DNA from: Zancudomyces culisetae HAW-14-8
Lineage: Eukaryota > Fungi > Kickxellomycota
Reading direction: 5' to 3'
NCBI GenBank assembly: GCA_052426225.1
Contig: JBNJNM010000021.1
Coordinates: forward strand, 2,356,001-2,420,000
DNA length: 64,000 bases
The notes below the pieces were generated by a model. That model saw nothing but the letters and a program-made list of their open reading frames with translations, had not been told where the DNA came from and made no database searches. Position 1 is the stretch's first letter. Every line of letters starts with the position of its first letter. Positions 53,904 through 64,000 of the stretch are shown here, one piece after another. The position numbers were made by a program, and so were the translations under genes.

Positions 53904-56204
53904 TCAACTAAAACACAACATTTGGTAATCATCCGCCAATTTCTCCTTTCCCTCATATGGATAGCTTATTCCCTTCTTAATTCCTGGTCCAATACTTCCA
54001 ACATATATATTTCCGTTCTTGTTTCGCTTTCCAATAAACACCTAATATTATCCATCATACATTATTTACAATACCCCATTATTTTCTTGCCCAAATAAAT
54101 AATAACCACAAAAAAAATAAAATAATAATAATAATAAACACATTAACAATCATTAAATTTTTTAAATTTTTTAAATTATTGTTTTTTTTTTACCGTTCGC
54201 CCCTTTGAATCACGTCCTCCTACCACCAACCTTTGTGTAACTTTGGTAGGATCCATTCTCCCTTTTGCTGAATACCAGTTAAACATCTCGGATCTTCCAC
54301 AAAGTACACTAAACTCCTTTGGTTTTACAAATGACCCATTACAAATTACTAATGCCCCCCTAATTCCCTTTGACAACATTCCTATATACACCCCTGACTT
54401 GTGCGTATATCTATTAATAGTTTTTGTGTTTTTAGTATTATTTAATTTACAAACCTACTACACTATTTTCTTTCTGCTTTCTCTCTCCTCTCTCTCCTCT
54501 CTTTTCCTTTTTTTTATTTTTTATTTTTTATTTTTATTTTATAATATTTCTTACTTTATTATATACACTGGTTCGCCATTATTTTTTCCCGCAACCAAAG
54601 CTGAGCTTGGAATTGTTCTATTTTTAAGTCCATCCCATTTTCCCGTTAGATTTAAATATTCATACCTCCACTAATTATCAAACTTGCCATTGAAATATAA
54701 CATTGTTATTATTATTATCATTATTATTAAAAATAACAACAAAAAAAAAAAAGACTTACAGATTTTTAACTTCCTTCCATTCCAGAGTTCCATGAACACC
54801 CAATGGTTGGGTTGGTAGCATTGGTTGGTGTTGGGGTTGTGGAAGATGATATCCTCCTACTCCTACTCCTGGGCCTGCGCCTGCTCCTACTGCTCCTGCT
54901 CCTGCTCCTCCTTGTTGATACTGTTGTTTTTGAGAACCGTAATTCTGCATCTCTGATATTGATTGCTTATTATTATCACGACCCGATGATAACATTGATG
55001 GCTGAGGCCCTCCTCCTCCTCCTCCTCCTCCTCCTCCTCCTCCTCCTATTGGTGGTTTTGCTATTGCTGCTGCTGCTGCTCCTGCTGCTGTTGTTGTTGT
55101 TGCTCCTAATGGGTTGCCAGATGACATCCCATACCCATACGATGGTCTTGGCCCATTAACATTTCCACTTGGGAATCCACCCGTTGGAGTTGGCGGTGGC
55201 ATTCCATGTCCATATGATGGTCTCGGTCCCTCTCCCCCGCCTCCTCCTCCACTTGGAAACGAACCCGTAGGATTTGCTGATGACATACCGTATCCATATG
55301 ATGGCCTGGGACCGTTGCTATTCCCACTTGGGAATGCTCCTGTTGGATTTCCAGATGACATTCCATACCCATACGATGGTCTTGGTCCGTTAACATTTCC
55401 ACTCGGGAATCCACCCGTTGGAGCTGGTGGTGGCATTCCATACCCATATGATGGTCTCTGGCCTCCTGGTCCTCCACCACTTGGATAGCCTTGCTCCTGT
55501 CGTTGTTGTTGCGATGGTAGTGGTGGTAACGGTGGTGGTGATTGTTGCAATGGTGGTTGTTGCAATGATGGCTGTGATGGGAAGGGGATTGCTGAGGATA
55601 AAGGATGCATATTTGACTGACTGGGTCTTTTCATACCCCCCTCACCTCCTGGCATCGGTGGTCTTTGTGGTGTGGATGGCATTGGAGGCATTCCGCTTCC
55701 CTGCCAACCTTGTGAGCTCCTTCCACCACCTGGACTATCCATCCTCGTCAAATGTGGTGGTCGTGACATTTGTTGCTGAGGATTATAGTTGTAATCGTAG
55801 TTATCATCACCCCTATACTCGTTTGCTTGGGGAAAAGCATATTGAAAATTCTTATTATTGCTCGCTCCACCAGATCTATTATCATTATACCCCTGATTCG
55901 AAGCACTACCTCGCGGGCTATACGCTCCACCATCCCCTCTATCACTGTAGTTTGAATATCCTTGCCCCCCATATTGTGGTTGTGGCTGTGGTTGTTGTTG
56001 CCTATCATAGTAGCTATCGTGACTTTGGTATACTTCATTCTGTCTATCATCACCTCTCTGTGGCACTATGCCTCTGTCTAGCTGTTTGCCAGGCATCGTT
56101 GGGGAAGGTCTACCTTCGGTCCAATATGGGTTATCATTTCTATGGGAATCGCCGTAGGGATTGTTGTTCCTATACCCACTACCGTTTTCAAACCCCTGTG
56201 ACAT
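53904..56204 (-). CDS. DM9/DUF3421-domain protein with a long G/P/Q/Y-rich N-terminus, 4 exons
   Basis: Splicing ~56204-54760, ~54617-54555, ~54410-54194 and ~54041-53904 gives LEWKEVKNLTIPSSALVAGKNNGEPVYIIKYTHKSGVYIG..KEFSVLC and LVVGGRDSKGRTVFIGK..YVGSIGPG..ISYPYEGKE..DYQMLC: two DM9-like repeats. Confidence 0.72.
55110..55465 (-). repeat. Coding tandem repeat, 75 nt / 25 aa, about 4.5 copies
   Basis: PRPSYGYGMxxxxPTGxFPSGNxNG units. Confidence 0.9.
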
Positions 56205-58383
56205 ATTGTACTTGTCTCACACTGCTTTTGTTTTTCTCCTCTGTGTAAATAAATTATATTACTATTATTCTTTATCGCTGTTGTTGATAAAGTGGAATTG
56301 TTAGCATAAATGTTCGATTTGGAGGTTTTTCTTTTTTCGTTGCAATTGCCAATACTTCAAATGCCAAACTTGAAAAATAGTATCAATCTCTTGGTGTTTA
56401 TAACGGTTTATTTGGTATTGCTCCTGTTACAGAAACACAGGTTGTTTATACTTTGATATTTTCGAAAATTACGTTTATTTTTTGTTAAAGTCTTTTTTTT
56501 TTTGACCCCTTAATGTCCTTATTTAGAAGATTAATTAACGCTTAAATTCCCATTTTGATGCTTTTTTGCTCCTTGTTACTAATAGCAAATTATTAGTATT
56601 TTCCAGTTTGACAAAATTACCAATGTAAATAAAAATCCGAGCAATTAATGGTGCCAGTTTGGACAGAAAGTCAAGTATATAAAAAAAATCAGCAAATAAA
56701 GCGTATCTTGGATACTTCCACCCACTCATCTCATCTACAATGCCAGATTTGTGTTTTATGGTAAAGAAAAAAAAAATTCGAACTATCAATAATAATAACA
56801 TTAACTAAAAACCATTATGGAGCAATAATAAAGCTGTGAAAACATTTTTGATCCACCAAACATTTTGCTGGCTTTATGGGAAATAATTGGCAGAAATTTT
56901 TTGTCTTTCCTATTTACTTTGTTGCAGGAATACGGGAAAACAGTATATTTGTTATAAACCAAAGTAGTGAGTGCTGCCAATAATTTTGTTTTTTCTGCCA
57001 TGTGCTAAACCTTTTTTTTTTTTTTTTGCATTTTGCATATGCGCTGCGGATTTCACTCTTTCATTTGCTGCGATACCCAAATTTCCACAGTATATACAAA
57101 TAAAAGGACCAGTATTTGCTGCTACTACAAGGATTCTCACACAAAGTAAAAAAGTAAACCGAATGCTTTTCCCTACAATTCAACATCAAACGTCTATACC
57201 ATACTACTATCTTGGAACCTTACCACCTTTTAATTTAAAAATATAGTTTATTATACATGTGTGCCCAGACATTGCCAAGTCTAAAAGACAGCGCGTAAAA
57301 TAATCCCCAACATTCATCAGCTGACGTTTTTTTTTTGTTTTTTTTTTCATTTGTATCCGTACCAAAGCAGAAACGTGATATGTGAACAATCGGCGTGGAT
57401 TCTAATAGCACTTACTTTTATCACCAATACTTTTGTAGCTGTGCGTTGATTGTTGTACCTTATAATGCCAATTAACGCGAAGCACATGCATTATGTGTGT
57501 TTCTACTTCAGCTTGCCCTGGGAACACTGAGTAAGCCACTTTTGGGAAATTTATGAATTCGATTTTTTTTCTGATAATTTACACATCCCACACATACTGA
57601 ACCACCCTTGAAAAATGAATACGATTGTTTGGTCATCTCTACCTTTACATGATCTTAGAGCACTTTTATATTCATACGCTGAAGAACTTATGTGCTACAA
57701 TCCTCATTTGTAATTATCATCATCAAAAATGTGCATTCTTCTGCATAATAAGTGAATCCATTACAGTTGAATGGGGATCAATGTGGTACGGTAAAAGGTT
57801 TTTCTTTGATGGATGCTGCTTTAGCACTGCAAACCTACAACAATTTGTAGAAAAAACATCTAGAACTGATTTAAAAAAAAGGCATCATAATAACTACTGA
57901 TTTCAGTCTACATTCACTTTGCTTTGTAGCCAAATACCCTAACCCAACATTTTTTTGTGAATATCCTACAATATACTGGTGGATTTTCTTGTATCTGAGC
58001 CCATAACTGCATATGCGTTTTCTTTTAGTCAGAGAAGAGCGATCCCCCTCTCACACATACATCCTGTATCAAAATAATCTTTTTCACAGCGGCCTCGTGG
58101 TAAGCAAAGTTCAAAGCGGACGAGGCTTGCTACGTATATCTTTTCTGTGGTTTTCTGATGTTTTTCACTATCAAAAGCATTAAAAGCAAATTATAGAATC
58201 AATAAAAGAAACATTAAAGATAAAACACAATTATTAGGCATTTTTATTGTTTTCCCTCAGTGTTGAGGTTCCAATACATCAAATTAGTCTATTAAAAAAT
58301 CACAACATGCCGAAAAAAATGAAAAGCTAAAAAATTATTTATCCTTTCCCCCCCCCCTTCTTCGAGATAGTTATACTGTGGAT

Positions 58384-58884
58384 TTATTTTGAGCCAGCGA
58401 GGACCTCTTCAATTCTCTTTTGCATACTCTCTGGGGTGGTCAATGAGCTGAATCTATCAACAACATTACCTTGTCTATCTACCAAAAACTTTTCAAAGTT
58501 CCATTTGATGCTCTTGATTCCCAAAAGCCCTGACTTTTCAGACTTAAGATATCCATATACTGGACTTTCGTTTGCACCATTAACATCGGTCTTTTCCATA
58601 ATTGGGAATGAAACTCCATAGTTTCTGGAGCAGAATTGGCCAATTTCTTCGCTGCCTCCTGGTTCCTGGGATCCAAACTGGTTACATGGGAATCCAATAA
58701 TCTGTAGGCCCTCGGAGCTGTACTTTTTGTTAAGTTCTTCTAGACCCTTGTATTGTGGTGTGAAACCACACTTTGATGCCACGTTTACAACCAGGACCAC
58801 CTTTCCTTGGAGTTGTGAAAATGGAAACTCGTTTCCTTTCAAATCCTTGGCGACGAGTGAGTAGAATTTTGATGGTGCGCTCAT
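58384..58884 (-). CDS. Glutathione peroxidase-like thiol peroxidase (Cys type, Gpx3/Hyr1-like)
   Basis: NVASKCGFTPQY, GFPCNQFG and IKWNFEKFLVD; catalytic codon is TGT. Confidence 0.96.
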   Translation of the reverse strand: MSAPSKFYSLVAKDLKGNEFPFSQLQGKVVLVVNVASKCGFTPQYKGLEELNKKYSSEGLQIIGFPCNQFGSQEPGGSEEIGQFCSRNYGVSFPIMEKTDVNGANESPVYGYLKSEKSGLLGIKSIKWNFEKFLVDRQGNVVDRFSSLTTPESMQKRIEEVLAGSK

Positions 58885-59880
58885 TTTCTTTATCTTGTTA
58901 TTCTATTTTACAATTTTATTGTGGTTAATCTCAAATCTCAAAATCCCGATTATGGTTCCTTTGATAAGTTCTTTACAGGTTCAAGCGATAGTGGAGAACC
59001 AAGAATAAAACATAAACAACTTACTTGAATATAAATCCCTAAAAGTACTGTGAAGACAAGTGGGAAGATAAAATACGCTTTATTTATAGTTTGCATTTTG
59101 TTGTTTTGATGTTTTGAATACTCAGTGTTTGACGAGCTGGTGAAGGACAAAAGAGACAGCTTGTGCCAAGAAAATTGCCGCTGTTCATGTTTTGTACAGA
59201 TTAATTTTTTCAATTGGCTAGAACAATCATGGCTTTTCATTTTTCTCTTGACCCCATTTGCTCTCTAATTATCGGAAGTGTGCATGAATGTGATTTCTTT
59301 TCACGTTTTTTTTTATTCGGCTTTCCTTTTACTAAATAGCGGATTTAATGTCCATGATTCTAGCAAATAAAAAAATTTTTATTCAGGGAGAAATGGGAGG
59401 AAATATGAGACATGAACAAAATGTCGTATACCCGTCAGCTTTACAACCAGAATCACATTCAAACTCACTAGTACTGCTTACTAATTATCATGGTGAGATT
59501 GGATTTTTATTCCATCCCATTCCATGGGCCAGTAGTTCCACCAAGCATTAAACCCAGCCTCCATCTAATCAGATTATATTTTATTAACATGACTGGAATC
59601 GGTGATAGTTCATTTGTTTTCAGCTAAAAGGCATCACAATCACTACTGAAACACCATCTTCAAGGAGTGTATCAACACAGCTCGTCGAAAAAAACACGAC
59701 GCACTTTTCACCTCAAAACAGCCCTTTCTATGGGTGATCGCAGTCTAAAGTTATTTATTTAACCTGCCCAGAAATATTGGATTACATAACCTCTTTATTG
59801 CGAATATTCAAGTGATAAAACCAAACAACTAATTGGTAAATTGATCCTATCACCCCCCCCCCTCCCCCTCTGAAAATACT

Positions 59881-60990
59881 TTAAATATCACATTCTATCC
59901 CCTTTCGTGTGCATAAACTTTTCTGGCTGTATTTATTAACAGAATGTGGATAGTTATATATTTCCATCGATCTTTGCAGAGCCAGCTCAGAGTTATCCGT
60001 GGATGATCCAACTCGGATGTTGTATCTTTTTATTATTTCGGCCATTGAATCAAAATTCAATTCAAGAGAATTGTTTTTTATTACTTCTGACAGTATTGCA
60101 CCGAGTACAGCATGCGCCTTTGATGTTGGGTGAATGATATCGTAAAAGAGGTACTGGTGTGGTGACAAGCATGCAGAAACCAACTGTAAATCGACAATTT
60201 TATAACAATCATTTTCATAGTCGACAATTCCCATACATTTGAATGCAATTTCCTTGGATTTCATCATAGAAAGTATGCTATTAAATTTCACAAGTTTGAT
60301 ATAGTTCACACTGGAGCCATTTTCTTTCAAATGTGCATTTATAAGTTTGTTGAGTAAAATGTTTGAATTTCTGGTCAGCATCTCTATTCCCTTTCTAAAA
60401 AAAAACGATTTGTTTTTTGCTGCCGGTGTCATTGCGAGGTCAGGTACTTCAAATACTATTATGTTTCTGTAACCATGCTCCACAAGAAGTAACACAGCTT
60501 CAAACAGCTCCTTGGCAATCTGAGTTGATCTTTGGATAATATCGTTTAATCCAACACTCTCCCTAGTAAACAAAGAAATAAAATCATTTCCACCTCCCTG
60601 AACCACAACCACTGAGCTATTTGTCTTGCATTTTTCTTTACTACAGTTGTATATCTTTAAAAAATCCTTTATTTGGTTTGTTACACTCTTTGTGGCTCTG
60701 ACACTGACACCATGCATTTTAAGTGTGTCTTCCCGCTTTATTTCTGCCATTCCATATGCAAAGTTTATCAATGTGTAGTTGTTGAAATATGCCGTATATT
60801 CGTTCCATACCGGACCATCTGAAAACCTATCGTTCCAATAATCCACTGGGTAAGGTACCTTGCCTTTGTTTCCTATATCCGATATGCTGTCTCCAAACAC
60901 GACTAGTTTGGGATTCGGTAAAGTATTTGTTCTAGCTGCACTAACACCAAGTAGTGATAGTATAAAAAAATGATTTGGATGTAGACGCAT
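59881..60990 (-). CDS. Secreted GDSL/SGNH lipase-esterase
   Basis: Signal peptide; VFGDSISD, RFSDG, NFAYG, GGND and DIIHP blocks. Confidence 0.92.
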   Translation of the reverse strand: MRLHPNHFFILSLLGVSAARTNTLPNPKLVVFGDSISDIGNKGKVPYPVDYWNDRFSDGPVWNEYTAYFNNYTLINFAYGMAEIKREDTLKMHGVSVRATKSVTNQIKDFLKIYNCSKEKCKTNSSVVVVQGGGNDFISLFTRESVGLNDIIQRSTQIAKELFEAVLLLVEHGYRNIIVFEVPDLAMTPAAKNKSFFFRKGIEMLTRNSNILLNKLINAHLKENGSSVNYIKLVKFNSILSMMKSKEIAFKCMGIVDYENDCYKIVDLQLVSACLSPHQYLFYDIIHPTSKAHAVLGAILSEVIKNNSLELNFDSMAEIIKRYNIRVGSSTDNSELALQRSMEIYNYPHSVNKYSQKSLCTRKGIECDI

Positions 60991-61570
60991 TTCCCCTTTA
61001 CTGATACTTTACTTGGATAGAATATCCCACGTTCGTTCATTAATTATTTTTTCCTTTGAAGAAAAATATTTTTCTGTTTTTAACCGAGTAAAGAAGGGAC
61101 AAATATAAAAGTTCCGATGTGATTAGGGTTTGCTTCAAAACTTTAAAAGCTCACATAATAGTTAGAAATCAGGTTTATTTGTAATCATGAAATGGTAAAT
61201 AAGGAATAAACCAAAGTTTTAATATACACATTTTTTACTTTTATTTGTACTTTTACTTTGTTGAGAGTAATTTGGGTCAAATGAATTATTTATGCTTCTA
61301 ATTAACCTGGTTCTCCTGTTTTTTTATTCTTTTAATAAAAAAAATACAAACTTGGTCTATACTATTAACCCGCAAGTCAAAAGTAAAACTCCAAAAATGA
61401 TCGCACTTCCCAACGTTAACTGTAAAACTGCAAATGTTGTGTATTTAGACATTTAAACTAGATTTTATTGCTTTAAAGAGTCAGACTTTGAAAGGTACTA
61501 AACAAAGTTACAATTTATACCTTTAAATAACGCTAACAACAGCCTGGTTCTCATTTATCAGCGGGAAAAG

Positions 61571-62292
61571 TTATTCACCTATAATATATTAAGCCATTGG
61601 ATTTCTTGTTAATTTTCAAAAACACAATTTAGCCAGTATAAACAAATATTACTAAAAAAAACAAGTTTACCTTTTGTATATCCAATTACACAGCAGCCAA
61701 CTCTACCACCAGCATTTCCGGTTTCCAAAGAGGTTGAGTTACCACCCTTGCCCAAATCATCCCTTTGCGCATGAACAACAAGTCCTCGTCTATTGAAATC
61801 ATTATTGGTTTTGTTAGTCTTCTTTACGTATATTCTGAATACAAGTAAAGGTAGATATGCATGGAGGCATAGTGCTGCAATATCACACCACCTGTGCCAG
61901 CTATTTATTTTTTATTTTGTTTATCAAATATTGATTGTATAAACAGTTTACCCCATGATACTGATAGGCCCATAGAGATTTAGACCGTCATCATCTATGT
62001 TGATTGTAGCTTTTCCAGAGTCATCAGCAGAAATATTTCCCAAGTCGCCAACATGTCTGGCAGAATCGTTGATATCACCGTGGACATGTCCAGTGGGATT
62101 GTAGTGCGTTCCAGCTCCCATACATGCGTTGGATGTATCTCCAAATTCGTGTATATGAAATCCGTGAAGTCCTGGAGTTAATCCCTCCAAGCTACCTGTG
62201 ATTTTTACAACAGAACCGGGTGCCTCTTGTTTGAAATAGATAGTCCCGAGGATTTTTGCAGCACCCACTACTATACACGAAGCGTTTACCAT
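61571..62292 (-). CDS. SOD1: Cu/Zn superoxide dismutase, 3 exons
   Basis: Exons 62292-61952, 61789-61671 and probably 61578-61571; [41 protein letters not shown]. Confidence 0.95.
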
Positions 62293-64000
62293 TATTTTAT
62301 TGATGACTGGTTGTAAAAGAGTATATATATTCACGCTTATAGCTTTGGCTCGTTTGTTTTTCGTAGTTTAAAAATTAGACTATTAATATAGCTTTTTTAA
62401 TAAATTATATATGTGTTTTGAGACTTTCAGTTTTATTTAAAGGATGTCATATTTAAAGTCTAGGCAAATGTTATTTATGTGATTGTAGCTATATTGGATT
62501 GTTTCATTTTTCTAAATATTTTTTTTTACAAAAAAAAATACACAATTAAATCCAGGCGGTGAAAGAGGAACGATACGAAAATAGCCCTAAACCAACAAAA
62601 GTTGTAATAAAAGATATAATCACAGAGCCGCAATAATTATGTTTTGAAATTATTGTGTAATTATAAGCAAATCAATGGCGGGGAGGGGTGGGGGAAGGGG
62701 AAGTAATAAGAGGATGGATTAATACATTATTAGACATGACTTTTGATTGTGAAAGAAAAGGATAAACAGAGAAAATGTGGTTGAAGAAAATGCAAAATGC
62801 TCATTTACACAGAAATACTGCAACAAGACAATGGGACTATTTTGCCATTAATTTATTTCGGAGATTATTCTGAATCACCCCTTTTCTTAGCCGCTTATCT
62901 GATATCAAAAATGGCATCCAAGAAACATTTTTCCATTACCAGGCATTTATTATTGCAAAAGTGGAGGTGTGTGAAAAGGCGAGCATGATGAAACCATTAT
63001 TGGGTAGGTGTGGTTTGGTTGGCACTAGTTAAAATAAAAAATAAAGCTGGAATGCCGTAAATTAAAAACCTATGCGCTATAGGAAGCATGTGTTTGCCAT
63101 TTGTGGATATAAACGAATTTGATGAGTAGACTGGACTGATCATGTGTTACTGTTTTATGTTGGAAAAGGAAATATAAATTTTTCTAGTATTCTCAAGCTA
63201 TGAACAGTTCAAGCTAACCATTAATTCACATATGCCTACAATGAACCAACCACCCCCCCTCTCCTCCCCTCTCTTCCACTTATTGATTCCCATGTTTTTG
63301 GAATACTAAGCTAAAATAAAACAGTACGAATATCTGAATCAATTTCAGCTAAAATATTGCTAGTTGCACTCGCAAGTAAGACCAGTGGGGTATTTTTTTA
63401 TTTTTATTTTTATTTTTATTTTCTCACTTGTACGAGACAGGAAAATTCATCTTAATGCGCTAGCAAGATCAACTGTCAATCTACTAAGTAGTAAATAAAA
63501 GAAAACCTGAAGACTTAAGTACCATCTACATAGCTGCCATTTCACACTAATTGCTATGCGATTTTTTGGGCAACCTTATTGAATGGAGGTGGGAAATGGA
63601 TCTCCCAAAATTTATAAATTTGATAAAAATGTGGCGCAAAATGATCGAAATTGGTTGGAAAGGTTATGTTTGTGTTTCTTTGAATATCGTACATCGGGTT
63701 TTTTAATAAAGTTATTGGTTTCTTATGACGCCTCAATTATTTTACGTACCTTGAAAAAAATATGATCAATGCTCAGTAAATAGTCTTTAGCTGATCAAAG
63801 GAGAGTAATAATGGTCAACTTTTACTGCTTTGAAGATGAACACGTAGAATCAAACTAAATTAAATCAATTAATATGATATGATATAGTGCAAAAAAAAGA
63901 GTACGAAATGTCATATTTGGTACAAAAAAAGCACAAGCAAATAAATCATGTCTAAATAAATCCCATTTGTATTAATTTGTAATTAGCGGGTAGAGCTTGG

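Noticed and set aside
54803-56248. Overlapping plus-strand ORFs (and similar antisense ORFs over pol, TRL1, ABP1 and SKI3)
   Set aside because: Shadow frames produced by low-complexity or biased coding sequence; no recognisable motifs.
58760-58780. Selenocysteine in the glutathione peroxidase
   Set aside because: The active-site codon is TGT (Cys) and there is no in-frame TGA.

Overview
AT-rich eukaryotic DNA, fungal by gene content; an early-diverging lineage such as Zoopagomycota is only a guess. The left ~25 kb is a nest of mobile elements. It holds four Ty3/gypsy chromoviruses: A 1135-6804 (chimeric, decayed), B 6805-8191 (3' half only), C 9527-15538 (identical 140-bp LTRs, GTGAG TSD, inserted in a Tc1 transposase) and D 17239-22457 (intact, identical 303-bp LTRs, CAACA TSD). 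There are also LTR relics and a minisatellite. A, C and D lack a tRNA primer-binding site and instead show Tf1-type self-priming complementarity plus a -1 gag-pol frameshift cassette. The most striking observation is a tRNA-like Pol III cassette (A box, B box, cloverleaf arms, T12 terminator) carried antisense between pol and the PPT of element D; element C has a GC-rich structured cassette with a B box in the same place and orientation. Family A LTRs carry long heat-shock-element arrays. The right ~38 kb holds host genes: two GT31-like glycosyltransferase paralogues, MOG1, two TM+RING-H2 ligases, tRNA ligase TRL1, ABP1, a glyoxylate reductase, SKI3, a DM9/DUF3421 protein, a Cys-type glutathione peroxidase, a secreted GDSL lipase and SOD1. 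Positions 1-757 duplicate 33622-34375. All alignments and folds were done by eye; no searches were run.
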